Positions 1-11,048 of a DNA stretch of 64,000 nt are shown here, piece by piece. Within the stretch, counting starts at the first letter, position 1. Every line of letters starts with the position of its first letter. Below the pieces are notes generated by a model, which saw only the letters and a list, made by a program, of their open reading frames with translations, searched no databases and was not told the origin of the DNA. The position numbers were made by a program, and so were the translations under genes. The DNA comes from an uncultured Clostridia bacterium. GTDB taxonomy: Bacteria > Bacillota > Clostridia > TANB77 > CAG-508. The stretch lies in assembly GCA_949538735.1 (NCBI GenBank), contig CATGLK010000006.1:19228-83227 (forward strand). Direction: 5' to 3'.

Positions 1-1887
1 TGTTGTGAATGCTTTGTAAATGTTGAAATTGTCTTCATATAAGTTTTCTATCGTACCTTTTGCAAGTTCGATGTTGTGTTCTTTTAGCTTTTCCCTATCT
101 GCATCATTTAAAAAGCCCTCATCTTTGTTAACACTTGGGAAAACTCCGTCATTTAGCCCTATTATGAACACAACTTGTACTTTGTGACTTCTTGACCTTT
201 CTACATCACCAAATATCACTTGGTCTTGCGTTCCTGGAATTTTTCCAAGCCCACTATTTTTTAGCCCAATTTTTAGGATTTTGCTGTATCCGTCTATTGT
301 CATTTTGTCGTTTTTAAATATGTTTATAATTTCATCTAAAATATTTATTATAATTTGATAGCTCATTTTGTATTCATTTGCTAAATCTATTAAGTTGATT
401 TCTTCTAGCTCTTGTATTTTTTTCAATACTTTTTCTTCTATGTTTTCCTGCACCATAAATTGATATAATGCCTTTGTGATACCTGTTGCTGTCTTTTCCT
501 TTTTTATTTCTTCTTGCAATTTTAATAATGGATTTATTATTGATTTTCTTAATTCATTTAATCTTTCAACTTCTTGCTTTTTATTCTCATTTTCTAATTC
601 ATATATAAAATCTTTTTTCCATTTATTTTGCTTTATTCCCCATTTGTTACAGTAATTTTCCAGTTTGAAAATTTCGTCATTTTCTATATCACAAAATCCT
701 AATTTTATATAGCTAAACACCGCTTCATTTGCAAAATTCTTGTTTAGAACTTCCAATGTTGCTAGTATATATTGAATTATTATATTTTGGTTCAGGTCTC
801 TTTTTTCGTCTATAAATACTGGTATATCATATTGGTTAAAAATCGCTCTAACTAATGATGAATATGTCTCTATATTTTTTGTAATAATTGCAATATCTTT
901 ATATCTCAAATTTTCTTCTCTTACTAGTTTTTTGATTTTTTTAGCCACATTTTCTATTTCCGAATACTCATTTTTTGCTAAAAATAACTCGATGTTTTCC
1001 ACATTTTTTTCATATTTTGTGGATTTTATGTTGTAAATATTTTCGCTTAAATGTTTTAACTCTTCTGTTTTAAATCTATGTATTTTGTCTAAGTTTACTG
1101 GCTTTTCTATTTTTAAATCATTTTCTTCTACTAAGTTTAACAACTTTCTCACTGTTATTTTATTCGAATAATATATATCTTGATCTGGGTTTGTGTCTGT
1201 TTCCAAGTTATTGGTACAAATTGTTATATTTACCTGTTTTGCTTGTTTTATAAGCTCTTTTATAACTTCATACTCTTGCTTTGTAAAACCTGCAAATTCA
1301 TCTATATATATTATGCTATCTTTTACAATATCAGTATTCTCCAAATTATTTGCCAACATATCTAATAAATCTGTCTCATCAATATAATTACTTGCAATCT
1401 TATCTTCAAACTTTTCATAAATTAACGCCATATCAGCTAACTTTGTCCTTAGGTATGTATCCTCATTTTGGCTTGCTTCTTCCTTTAAAGTCTCCACATC
1501 TACCTTATGTTTTTTGAACTCTGTAATAGCCCTCATACTTAAATCTATATTCTCATCAGACTTACCCAAAAACTTCAACTCTGACTTATATTGATTTAAA
1601 ATTGAATATATCAACATAGCCTTTCCACATTTAGAAAGACTACTTTTATTATTTCCACCAACTTCGCCTAACACCCTATAAGCCATTCTACTCAAAGTAA
1701 TGACTTCCGCATTCATAACAGCCTTCGTGTCTATTGCCTCCATAAGCTTTTGCTCAGCCGTGAAAGAAAACTGCTCTGGTGTTATCACATAAATCTTTTT
1801 CTCTTTATCAATTAGTTTTGCTATCTCAGAAAAACAGTAGCTACTTTTACCGCTACCTGGTTTTCCATATATAATTCTTAGCGCCAT
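1..1887 (-). CDS. addB: ATP-dependent helicase/nuclease subunit B (runs off the left edge)
   Basis: Not in ORF track. ATG at 1887 after AAGGAG; translates MALRIIYGKPGSGKS...VITPEQFSFTAEQKL and later GLNDGVFP, typical AddB motifs. Confidence 0.9.
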   Translation of the reverse strand, partial: MALRIIYGKPGSGKSSYCFSEIAKLIDKEKKIYVITPEQFSFTAEQKLMEAIDTKAVMNAEVITLSRMAYRVLGEVGGNNKSSLSKCGKAMLIYSILNQYKSELKFLGKSDENIDLSMRAITEFKKHKVDVETLKEEASQNEDTYLRTKLADMALIYEKFEDKIASNYIDETDLLDMLANNLENTDIVKDSIIYIDEFAGFTKQEYEVIKELIKQAKQVNITICTNNLETDTNPDQDIYYSNKITVRKLLNLVEENDLKIEKPVNLDKIHRFKTEELKHLSENIYNIKSTKYEKNVENIELFLAKNEYSEIENVAKKIKKLVREENLRYKDIAIITKNIETYSSLVRAIFNQYDIPVFIDEKRDLNQNIIIQYILATLEVLNKNFANEAVFSYIKLGFCDIENDEIFKLENYCNKWGIKQNKWKKDFIYELENENKKQEVERLNELRKSIINPLLKLQEEIKKEKTATGITKALYQFMVQENIEEKVLKKIQELEEINLIDLANEYKMSYQIIINILDEIINIFKNDKMTIDGYSKILKIGLKNSGLGKIPGTQDQVIFGDVERSRSHKVQVVFIIGLNDGVFPSVNKDEGFLNDADREKLKEHNIELAKGTIENLYEDNFNIYKAFTT

Positions 1888-1908
1888 TTCGCCACTCCTT
1901 TCTTAAAA

Positions 1909-2037
1909 TTGCCACTGGGGACGGACCTTTTTGGCAATTTTTTGCCATCGGGGACGGACCTTCTTGGCAGATTCCTGCCATCGGGGACGGTTCTTTTTGG
2001 CAGATTCCTGCCAAAAAGGTCCGTCCCCAGTGGCAGG
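1909..2037. repeat. REP/BIME-like cluster of four ~32-bp palindromic units
   Basis: TGCCA-N-GGGGACGG(A/T)(C/T)CTTTTTGGCA three times plus one inverted copy; same family recurs at several intergenic sites. Confidence 0.85.
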
Positions 2038-2038
2038 C

Positions 2039-4151
2039 TTAAAATGCTCCGCCGCCTCCGCCGTGAGCCACCACCGCCAGAGAAACCGCCACCTCCTGAG
2101 AAGCCACCGCCGCCTCCGCTTGAAAATCCGCCGTCTGAGCCTCCTGATGATGACATTACTTTTCCTAGTGTCTCGTTATATGTTTTTAAAAATCTTCTGT
2201 CCAAGCTTGCATACATATAAAATGTACTATAATCTGATGTTATTATGTCTAATAGTTCTTCGTTCGCTAATAGATTTTCTAAGTCATCATCTAAGTTTAG
2301 TCCTTTTATTCTTTTTATTATCTTTTTTGATATTCCAAAACTTACTGCATATGCTAGGTATTTTTCCCATAGTGTTACGTGTTCTACATCTCTTTCGTCT
2401 AGCAATGTGTTTTCTAGTTTGTATTTTAGTGTGTTTAGTTTGCTGTAATCTCCTATTAGGTTTGCATTGTTTTTTAGCATTAAGTTGTCTGTTAGTATTA
2501 GTATTGTAGCAATACATATTAAGAATTCGTCTGCCACTAGGTAGCTTCCCTTTGTTAAGATTGCTGTTATTAGCATTATTATTCCGAAAAGTACTAGTAA
2601 GCTTATTGTTGTTGTTACTATTTTTTGTCCTGATACTCTTTGGACTGCTTTGTTTAAACTATGTCTTATCATAATTATTACATTTAAGAATATGCTTATT
2701 AAGCCTATCGCTAATGGCCAAATACATACTAACGTCATAAAGATTGGTGCTTGTGTTTCGAACATATTTAATCCATTATATCCTATATGTTTTATTACTA
2801 CAATTACTGCTATTATGAATAAAAACATATTGAATACTCGTATTACTTTTGGTACACTTTGCTTGTTTGCTCCCAATCTTGCCATATTCTCTTCAACTAA
2901 TCTATTTAGCTCTTTAAATTTTGTATTTGCTTCTTTTTCCTTTGGCATTTCTTTTAGTCTATCAGATAATTCTACTGTTTGCTTTGTGTCAAATACCCAA
3001 TCATATACGTATTTTTGTATACTGTCCATTTCATGCTCTTTTTCTGGCACTTTTTCTATTCCATATAAATATCTTCCACCTGTTAGTTTATCTCTAATTT
3101 CTAATTTTATATTTCCTTTATCAATTAGGTTTAATATTTCTGCTATGATATCTCTTGCAAGTATGTTTCTACTTCCTTGGATGCATCCAGCCATTATTGC
3201 ATTATATTTTTCAAATAGATAATCTTCGTCTATGTTTTCTACCATATATTTTTTGTCTTTTTCATATACTAATAACAAAATAATCCAATATATTAGCAAG
3301 CAAACTCCCATAATTATTACGTTTCTAGTAAATGCTTGTTTTTCTTCTTTATGTTCAATAATATCATTTTCGTTTTCGCGTACTATTGCTGTTGCTTCTA
3401 TTCCTGATTTTTTTGTTGAATTTGGTATGTTCGAATTATCAAATAAAACTCTTGCTGCAACATATTCCCCAGCCTGTACATTATTTACTTTGAAATTGGC
3501 GTGTGTATTTGATATAATTTCTGATTTTCCATTATATGGTCCATGTCCCCATACTTTGATTTCTGACTTATTTGCTGGTATGTAGACATCTATATTTAAT
3601 TTGTTTATTGCACATTCCCAGTCTCCACCTATAAAATTGTAGTATAACTCTGCCGTATCATTGTGGCTTACACATAAATTCTTTATTGTGTAATTTATTT
3701 TAAATGTTTTTGTTTCACTATTTGAAGGTGAATATACTTTTACTTTATATACTTGTGATGTATTTTCTATTGTGTAAATTCCGTCTTGTCCGTTTCTTCC
3801 ATATGATGAATTATTATATGGAATTTCGCCATTTCCCACTATTTTGCTTACACTTTCCACAGTTATTCCTGAACCTGTGTATAAGTTGTTGTTTATTTTA
3901 TTGTTTTTTATTATATCTGCATATTGGCTGTCTGTTTTGTTGTATGGAACTGTTATGTATATTCCGTTATATTGTCCATTAAATTTGTATGTAAGTGTTT
4001 GTTCTACTGCTACTGAACCGTCTTGGTTTATGCTTGCTTGTATGTCCATATCTTCAATGTGATAGCTTTTTGCTTCTACTTTGTTTTGTATAAATATTAT
4101 TCCTATTGCTACTATTATTATTAACATTAGTTTTTTCATTTTATTTCTCAT
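2039..4151 (-). CDS. DUF2207-family membrane protein; Gly-rich tail completed by +1 shift at CGG (2063-2061)
   Basis: Signal peptide, ELYYNFIG..W, WGHGP, WEKYLAYAVSFG motifs; skipping the C of CGG gives GGFSGGGGS-GGGGGAF-stop at 2039. Confidence 0.85.
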
Positions 4152-4167
4152 TTGAATTCTCCTTTCA

Positions 4168-4282
4168 TGGGACATTTGGGGACGTTTCCTTTTGGACATT
4201 TTGTCCATTTTGGGACACATCTTCTTTCAAAATTTTTGATAGAGATGCTTTTTAGGTCTGTCCCCAAAAACACCCAAAAACA
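4168..4282. repeat. Diverged REP-like units
   Basis: GGACATTTGGGGACGTTTCCTTTTGGACA and inverted GGTCTGTCCCCAAAA. Confidence 0.5.
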
Positions 4283-5149
4283 TCAGGCTTCTCTTCTCCA
4301 ATAAAATAGGTATTGTTGTGCAAGTCCTGCTAAATTTCCAAACTTTTCTTGTGCTATTTTTTCTATTTGTTTTTTACTTACTTTTGTTTCGTCTTCTTGC
4401 TTTATGTATAAGTCGTTCATTACTCTTCTAACCCATACATCTATTGGGAATACTTCAAATCTTTTTAAGTCTGAAAATAATAGTATGCAATCCGCTACTT
4501 TTGGTCCTACTCCTGATAGTTTTAACAATTCTTCTCTTACTTCTTGTGTATTTGGGTTTTGTTTCATTTTTTCTAAGTCTACTTCTTTTTCTAATATCAT
4601 TTTTGTTGTTTCATATAGTCTAATGTCTCTAAATCCTAGACCTAGTTTTCTGTATTCTTCTACGCTTACATTTTTTAGTTGTTCTGGTGTTGGGAATGTG
4701 TAGTATTTCTTTCCATTGTATTCTATTTCGTTTCCGTATTTTTCCGATAGTCTTTCTATTATTCCTTTTATTCTTGGTATATTGTTGTTTGCTGATATTA
4801 TGAATGATATTATTGTTTCCCATAGGTCTTGATTTAGTATTCTTATTCCTTGTCCGTATTCTATACTTGTTTTCATATTTTCATCTATTTTTGATAAGTT
4901 TGCTTTGATTTCTTCGTAGTTTCTGTTTAGGTCAAAGTAGTTTTCTATTGTTTCTTCTATATCTTTTTCACATATTCCTTCAAATGTGATTTCGTTGTTT
5001 TCTTTTTTTACGTTTACTACGTTGTTTTTGAATATTCCTGTGTAACTTCCGTCTTCTTGTGCATTCCACCTAAAGCATTGCCCACAGTCGAATATGTCTT
5101 TTAACTCAAATGAGTTCATATTTTTTATTGTGTATTTTTGTTTTTTCAT
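4283..5149 (-). CDS. ogg: 8-oxoguanine DNA glycosylase (OGG1-like, HhH-GPD)
   Basis: FDCGQCFRW, ISANNNIPRI, GVGPKVADCILLF, FPIDVWVRR; start placed after GAGGAG RBS. Confidence 0.9.
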   Translation of the reverse strand: MKKQKYTIKNMNSFELKDIFDCGQCFRWNAQEDGSYTGIFKNNVVNVKKENNEITFEGICEKDIEETIENYFDLNRNYEEIKANLSKIDENMKTSIEYGQGIRILNQDLWETIISFIISANNNIPRIKGIIERLSEKYGNEIEYNGKKYYTFPTPEQLKNVSVEEYRKLGLGFRDIRLYETTKMILEKEVDLEKMKQNPNTQEVREELLKLSGVGPKVADCILLFSDLKRFEVFPIDVWVRRVMNDLYIKQEDETKVSKKQIEKIAQEKFGNLAGLAQQYLFYWRREA

Positions 5150-5321
5150 TGTTTTTCTCCTCTTTTTCATTTTACAATATATGTGTGTTTTTTTCAAGGA
5201 ATATATGTCTAATTTTTTGTATGCAAAAAATGTATTCTTGGAAATTAGCTTTTTACTATTTATTCCTTGAATACATTTTCTTTGTTATAAAATTATCTTC
5301 GTTTTATGCTGTTCTTAATTA

Positions 5322-5362
5322 TGGCAGATTCCTGTCATAAAGGTCCGTCCCCCTTTTGGCAG
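5322..5362. repeat. REP-like unit
   Basis: TGGCAGATTCCTGTCATAAAGGTCCGTCCCCCTTTTGGCAGG matches the 1909-2037 family. Confidence 0.75.
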
Positions 5363-5375
5363 GCTCTATTGGTAT

Positions 5376-6167
5376 TTATCTAATAGAATTAGCATTAAAT
5401 TTAGTATCTGCTAAAACTGGAGCAATTAAAATTTTTCCTGTACCTCTATAAACATTAACAAATCCCTCTGATGAAATAGCTGAGCCCACTAAACTTTTTG
5501 TAGATTTTTCAACTGTAAATTCTAATGTGTCTGACCAAGCAACAGCGAAATTACCATCTATTTTTATTTCATCATTTTGTAAATTTATTTCAATTAATTC
5601 TTCTCTAGGTACTGGACTTTCTAATACTGCTAATCCTTTTCCTGATAATCTTAAACTAAATAATCCTTGGTTTCCAAGAACAGCTGATGAAATATTTGAT
5701 CTCATTACAACATCATATTTAACACTAGATTCACAAGCTAAGAACATTCCGTCATCTAAAACAATTCCTGTTCCCCAAGATGATACATCTTCTATTAGTA
5801 AATGTTTGTATGTTGGCTCTAACATTAGTAACCCGTTTCCTTTGTATTTAGGCTTAACTGTTGATTCTTTTGTTACTGAGCCTTTGATTGCTTTGCCAAT
5901 AAAGTCTCCAACGCCTTTAACGTCTGCAACTGCTTGAACGTTTCCAAGCATCCATTGCATTGCTCCTGCACTTAAAATATATTCGTCATCTTCTAATTGG
6001 ATAAGAACTTGTCTTTTTCTTATATTCATTCTTGCAGCATAATATTGTGTTATACATGTGTATGGATTAACACTTAGGTCTGTTAGATATTCTATAATCC
6101 TAATATTTCCTTTCTTTTCTGCAACTCTAATGTCATCATTATCTAAAAAATTCTTTACTTCGTACAT
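5376..6167 (-). CDS. AIM24-family protein
   Basis: AGAMQWM, DDGMFLAC, IDGNFAVAW, EGFVNVYRGTGK motifs. Confidence 0.8.
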   Translation of the reverse strand: MYEVKNFLDNDDIRVAEKKGNIRIIEYLTDLSVNPYTCITQYYAARMNIRKRQVLIQLEDDEYILSAGAMQWMLGNVQAVADVKGVGDFIGKAIKGSVTKESTVKPKYKGNGLLMLEPTYKHLLIEDVSSWGTGIVLDDGMFLACESSVKYDVVMRSNISSAVLGNQGLFSLRLSGKGLAVLESPVPREELIEINLQNDEIKIDGNFAVAWSDTLEFTVEKSTKSLVGSAISSEGFVNVYRGTGKILIAPVLADTKFNANSIR

Positions 6168-6318
6168 TTGAACTCCTCCTATTAATATATATATTCGAAT
6201 TATATCTATTATCTAACTTATTGTCAACCTTTGATATTTTTTATCTATGGTAAAATGGGGAATGTATGTAACGTAAAATGTCATTGACAAAATCAAATAA
6301 TCTGTGTATAATAAAGAT

Positions 6319-6402
6319 AGAAAATGAGAAACCACGAAAGTGGTTGCCTGAAATAAATTGTAATAACCATTCACTCCGTCAAAAGCAGAATGGTTATTTT
6401 TT
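6319..6402 (+). ncRNA. Putative type I antitoxin sRNA
   Basis: TTGACA(6284)-17-TATAAT(6307) promoter, short non-coding transcript, AATAACCATT/AATGGTTATT hairpin plus U-tract, convergent with a small hydrophobic ORF. Confidence 0.6.
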
Positions 6403-6517
6403 ATTGTTTATGTAGTAACCAACAAATGATGCCTAACAAAACAATGTTTATGATAGCTACATTTACTAATCCAAAGAAAAGTAATTTAATAATTTCTAAT
6501 AATGCTGTTTCTATCAT
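6401..6517 (-). CDS. Putative type I toxin, 38-aa hydrophobic peptide
   Basis: MIETALLEIIKLLFFGLVNVAIINIVLLGIICWLLHKQ; GGGGTGGTG RBS; TTGACA-17-TATAAT promoter at 6657-6629; long 5' UTR. Confidence 0.65.
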   Translation of the reverse strand: MIETALLEIIKLLFFGLVNVAIINIVLLGIICWLLHKQ

Positions 6518-6726
6518 ATAGCACCACCCCCATATATCAGTCTTACAACTAAAAGTCGTAGAGGTTTATGTATTTACAAGATGTCAAAGGTGGCAACACA
6601 CTCCGCTTATTCTCATTTTCCATGTTCCAATTATATTGTTATTTTACCTATTTGTCAACAAGTATTATTGAGTTTAAATCTAATGAATATGCACCCAATT
6701 TCGTCCACGAATAATTTTCTTTTTTC

Positions 6727-7593
6727 CTAATCCGTAATTTTCTTAAACCCCAATCCCACAACCTCTCTCGAATTTGTCACAATCATAAAACAACGTGGGT
6801 CTACCTTTCTAGCAGCAAGCTTAATTCTAGAAACATCACGTCTAGAAGCAGCACACATAAGCACTAATTTCTCTTGATTTGTATACATTCCTTTACCATA
6901 AAGACCTGTTGCACCACGGTGAATTTTCTCTTCTATTTCTTTTGCTATTACTTCATTTTTATCTGAAATAATAATAAGTAGTTTTGTAAAATAAATTCCT
7001 TCAAAAGCAATATCAATCAATTTTCCCATTAAATATATTGCAATTGCAGAATATAGGCCTATTTCAATCTCCTTAAAAACAAGCATATTTATTATAACAA
7101 TAATCGCATCAATAATAATTATTATATTGCTTGTCCTTATTGTCGGATTATATGCCCTTGCTATAAAGCTTACCAAGTCGCTTCCACCTGTTGATGTTCT
7201 GCATTTTAGTAATACTGCTGTCCCCAGCCCAATTATTATTCCGCCATAAACACATGCTAGAAATCTATCTTGTGTTAATGGTTCAAACTTATCCAATATA
7301 TCTATAAATAGCGATAATGACACTGTCCCAACAATTGATTTTGCGAAGAATATCTTGCCTACTTTAAATATCGCAATTACGAATAGTGGTATGTTTACTA
7401 GTAATATCATTGTTCCCATTGGTATTTTGAATAAGTAATACGTAATTGTTGCAATTCCCGAAACTCCGCCGGTTGATAATTGATTCGGTAGCAAAAATAA
7501 GGATACTCCAATTGCCATTATAAATGCACCTAGTACAGTTCCTCCTATTTCTATTAATATCTCTTTCATATTGATTTTTTCTTCTAAATACAT
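6727..7593 (-). CDS. YitT-family membrane protein
   Basis: STGGVSGIA, NIPLF, STGGSD, RGAT..G.GMYT, DP..F motifs. Confidence 0.9.
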   Translation of the reverse strand: MYLEEKINMKEILIEIGGTVLGAFIMAIGVSLFLLPNQLSTGGVSGIATITYYLFKIPMGTMILLVNIPLFVIAIFKVGKIFFAKSIVGTVSLSLFIDILDKFEPLTQDRFLACVYGGIIIGLGTAVLLKCRTSTGGSDLVSFIARAYNPTIRTSNIIIIIDAIIVIINMLVFKEIEIGLYSAIAIYLMGKLIDIAFEGIYFTKLLIIISDKNEVIAKEIEEKIHRGATGLYGKGMYTNQEKLVLMCAASRRDVSRIKLAARKVDPRCFMIVTNSREVVGLGFKKITD

Positions 7594-7644
7594 AAAATCA
7601 CCTTTATTACAATTATTTGTAAATTTAGGTGATTTTATTCGTTT

Positions 7645-8688
7645 TTAATTGTCATATGTTTTTGTTATTTCTACTTTTGATTTTCCTTGTTTCATATTTT
7701 CATCTTGTTTTAATATCAAATCCACGTCATATGTATCTTTTAATTTTTGAACATTTTCTTTTTTGTGCCCAATTACGTTGTTTGCGTCTATTGGTGATAC
7801 TGTAACTTCTACTTCTTTTACTTTCATATTTAGCTTTTTGATTTTTCCTACTATCGCATCATACCACATTCCTGATTCCACTAATTGCCTAAATGCTGGG
7901 TGATATGGTCCTGCAACCACTTCGCTATCTTTACTTCCTGGTTCTGATATTTCGTCAGTATTTTGAAGTCCTATTCTTATTATATCTATTTTTTTATCTG
8001 CAAATAGTCTTACTATTTCTTTGCAAATTTCTACTGCTTGTACAACTGATAATGGTTGATATACTCCTTTTTCATACTCTTTTTCTAGTTTTGTGTTTTT
8101 TACTACTAACACAGGATATATTCTTACCATTTTAGGTTTTAGTTTTATCAACGCCTTTGCTGTGTTAATTTCGTCAATTCTAGTACTTTCTGGCAAACCA
8201 ACCATCATTTGATGTCCTAGTTTAAAGCCGTTCCATCTAATCATTTTTGATGCTTTTTTTACATCTTCAAATGTGTGCCCTCTGTTTGCCCTTTTTAGGA
8301 TATAGTCATTTGCTGACTGTACTCCTAGCTCTATTGTTTTTACTTTGTATTTTTTTAGTCTTTTTAATGTCTCTTTGTCTATGCAGTCTGGTCTTGTTGA
8401 TACTCTTATACTTTCGACTTTTCCTTGTTTTATATATTCATATGCTACTTGTAATAATTCTTCTTGTTTTTCTTTTTCTATTGCTGTGAAGCTTCCTCCG
8501 AAAAATGCTATCTCTATTTGTGCGTCTTCTGCTTTGATACTTTCTAGGTAATTTTCTATTATTTCTTTTGCTTTCTCTTTTGTCATTTGTTCCTTTTGCC
8601 CACTTATTGATTTTTGGTTGCAAAATATGCAATCATTTGGACATCCCAAATGTGGTACAAATATTGGTATTATGTATTGCTTTTTCAT
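7645..8688 (-). CDS. Elp3-like radical SAM protein
   Basis: GCPNDCIFCNQ (CxxxCxxC), FFGGSFT, STRPD, IELGVQS; usual position after rnc. Confidence 0.9.
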   Translation of the reverse strand: MKKQYIIPIFVPHLGCPNDCIFCNQKSISGQKEQMTKEKAKEIIENYLESIKAEDAQIEIAFFGGSFTAIEKEKQEELLQVAYEYIKQGKVESIRVSTRPDCIDKETLKRLKKYKVKTIELGVQSANDYILKRANRGHTFEDVKKASKMIRWNGFKLGHQMMVGLPESTRIDEINTAKALIKLKPKMVRIYPVLVVKNTKLEKEYEKGVYQPLSVVQAVEICKEIVRLFADKKIDIIRIGLQNTDEISEPGSKDSEVVAGPYHPAFRQLVESGMWYDAIVGKIKKLNMKVKEVEVTVSPIDANNVIGHKKENVQKLKDTYDVDLILKQDENMKQGKSKVEITKTYDN

Positions 8689-8704
8689 AGATTTTACCTC
8701 TTTT

Positions 8705-9379
8705 CTATTTTAAATTTTCTAGCGCCTTTTTTGCAGCTTCCATATGTGCTTCTTTTTTGCTTTTTCCCTCTCCTTTTGCTAACACTTTTCCATTACATTT
8801 CACTTCTGCCTCAAACGTTTTATTATGATCTGGCCCTTTTTCTTTTAGTATTTCATATTCTATTTTCACATCCCCACGTGCTTGAAGTTTCTCTTGTAAT
8901 ACTGTTTTATAATCTTTATCTCCTACGTGTTTTGTCGCTTCTTCTATTTCATTTTTTAGGTTATCTACAATAAATTTTTCTGCTGGTATTATTCCTCCAT
9001 CCATAAATATTGCTGCAATTACTGCTTCTACACTGTCTGCTAATATTGCTGGTCTTTGTCCTCCACCATTTCTTTGCTCTGACTTTCCTAAATATAAGAA
9101 ATCACTAAAATTATGCAATTTAGCTATTTTGTAAAGGCTTTTTTCGCATACCACTGTTGCTCTAACTTTAGTCATTTCTCCTTCTTTTAGTTTAGGATAT
9201 TTTTGATATAAGTATTTGCTAGATATGAATTCCAAAATGCTGTCTCCTAAAAACTCTAATTTTTCGTTGCTTTCCACATTGTGCTCATATGCATATGATG
9301 TGTGTGTTAGTGCTTTTTTTAATAATTCTTTGTTTTTAAATCTGTATCCTATGCTTTCTTCTACATCTCTTAATTCCAC
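8705..9379 (-). CDS. rnc: Ribonuclease III
   Basis: ALTHTSY, NEKLEFLGD signature, C-terminal dsRBD DYKTVLQE...GKSKKEA. Confidence 0.97.
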   Translation of the reverse strand: MELRDVEESIGYRFKNKELLKKALTHTSYAYEHNVESNEKLEFLGDSILEFISSKYLYQKYPKLKEGEMTKVRATVVCEKSLYKIAKLHNFSDFLYLGKSEQRNGGGQRPAILADSVEAVIAAIFMDGGIIPAEKFIVDNLKNEIEEATKHVGDKDYKTVLQEKLQARGDVKIEYEILKEKGPDHNKTFEAEVKCNGKVLAKGEGKSKKEAHMEAAKKALENLK

Positions 9380-9457
9380 TTTTTCACCTTCTTTCTGCCA
9401 CTTATATTATATACTATTTTGCATATTTTGCAAGTTATTTGAATATTTTTGTTAAAA

Positions 9458-9520
9458 TTGCCAATGGGGACGGACCTTTTTGGCAATTTTTTGCCAGAAA
9501 GGTCCGTCCCTGTTGGCAAT
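9458..9520. repeat. Inverted pair of REP-like units
   Basis: TTGCCAATGGGGACGGACCTTTTTGGCAA followed by TTGCCAGAAAGGTCCGTCCCTGTTGGCAA. Confidence 0.85.
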
Positions 9521-9617
9521 TTCATCCTTATTGAATTTTTTTGTCTTTTTTTGTAGACAGACTAATTTTCTTATTATATAATATTGGTGTATTATTATAG
9601 AAAGTGAGTAAAATTTT

Positions 9618-11021
9618 ATGTTAGATGATAAATATAAAAATAGAAATTTATCTGAAGTTTTTAAAGAATTAGAAGCAATTAGAAATGATTCTATTGCAGC
9701 GCAAACAAAGTCAAAACGTTCTAATCATAAAACTAGTAATTTAGACCAAACCAATTCTGGACAAACTATTTCTTGGCAGTCTAGTAATTGGGGAACTAAT
9801 ATTGATTCTGAAGCTACTATATATGGTAAATCAAAAGATTTGAAATTGTCACATATTATAGTTGGTTGCAGTATTTTGGTTGTAGCTTTGGCTGTCTTTT
9901 TCCCAAAGAGTACTTCTTTTAATGCGAGTTATGCTAAGTCTGAAAATTTTGCAAGTATGTCAGAATTTGAATTGAACAGACATAGAATAAATATTCAAAG
10001 TATTATTTCTGAAAATTCAAATATGAACAGGGTTAAAGAGCAAGTTGTTGAAGAACGTGATGTTGAATTTGAAACTACATATAATAATAATCCAACTTTA
10101 CCAAAGAGCGAAGAAATCGTTACACAAGAAGGTGTGCTTGGTAAAGATAGAGTTGAAGCTGTTAAAACTTACGAAAATGGTGAGTTTGTAGAAGAAATTT
10201 TGTTAAATAGAACTATGATAACTGAGCCAACTCCAAAGGTGATTGAGCTTGGTACTTCTGAGTTTTTGGCAAAACATAAGGTTCATTTGAAAGATACTAT
10301 GTACTTTACAAAAGCTACTTCTATTAGACAAGAGGCGGATTCATCTTCTTCTGTTGTTGCAGATGTTAAACAAAGTTTAGATGTTAAATTATTGGAACTT
10401 CCAAGTGAAGAGTGGGCTAAGGTTTCTTTTGATAGTATAGAAGGTTATGTTCCTACATCAAACTTGACATCAGCTACTTCAACACCAAATATTGTAGAGA
10501 AAAATAGAATTCAAAGAATATTGCTTAAAGTTAATATAGATATGGAACTTAACAAGCCTAGTGGTTTGACTTTAAATGATTATAAGAAGATATTTACTGG
10601 ATTATCAAATGACACTAATAAGATATTTGAAAACAATTATCAAGCTTTTTATAATGTTGAGAAAAAATATAATATAAATGGAATCTTTTTAGCATCTATG
10701 GCAATTCACGAAAGTGGTTGGGGTACTTCTCAAATAGCTAAGGATAAAAATAATTTGTTTGGCTATGGTTCTTATGATAACACTCCTTATGAATCTTCTT
10801 TCGAGTTTGCTGATTATTCTGAAGGAATTGAGACTGTTGCTAAATCGTTAGTTAAGTATTATTTAAATCCTGCTGGAACTAAGATTTATGATGGTGAAAC
10901 AGCAAGTGCTTGGTATTTCAATGGTCCTACTTTGGCTGGTGTTAATGAGAGATATGCTTCAGATAAGGAATGGCATAAAAAAGTTTACAGTTATATGGAA
11001 ACTTTATATAACAGACTTTAA
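9618..11021 (+). CDS. Membrane-anchored peptidoglycan hydrolase (G5 + SH3 + glucosaminidase)
   Basis: TM segment, G5-like VTQEGVLG...VIELGT, SH3-like WAKVSF..EGYV, AIHESGWGTS...NNLFG...YASD..W. Confidence 0.85.
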   Translation: MLDDKYKNRNLSEVFKELEAIRNDSIAAQTKSKRSNHKTSNLDQTNSGQTISWQSSNWGTNIDSEATIYGKSKDLKLSHIIVGCSILVVALAVFFPKSTSFNASYAKSENFASMSEFELNRHRINIQSIISENSNMNRVKEQVVEERDVEFETTYNNNPTLPKSEEIVTQEGVLGKDRVEAVKTYENGEFVEEILLNRTMITEPTPKVIELGTSEFLAKHKVHLKDTMYFTKATSIRQEADSSSSVVADVKQSLDVKLLELPSEEWAKVSFDSIEGYVPTSNLTSATSTPNIVEKNRIQRILLKVNIDMELNKPSGLTLNDYKKIFTGLSNDTNKIFENNYQAFYNVEKKYNINGIFLASMAIHESGWGTSQIAKDKNNLFGYGSYDNTPYESSFEFADYSEGIETVAKSLVKYYLNPAGTKIYDGETASAWYFNGPTLAGVNERYASDKEWHKKVYSYMETLYNRL

Positions 11022-11048
11022 TTTAAACTTTTTTGATGGGAGTAACAA

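Noticed and set aside
1878-2038. Repetitive C-terminal extension of the 780-aa ORF (LP.R.VP.G repeats)
   Set aside because: It is translation of the intergenic REP-like cluster after the CGG site and overlaps the addB start
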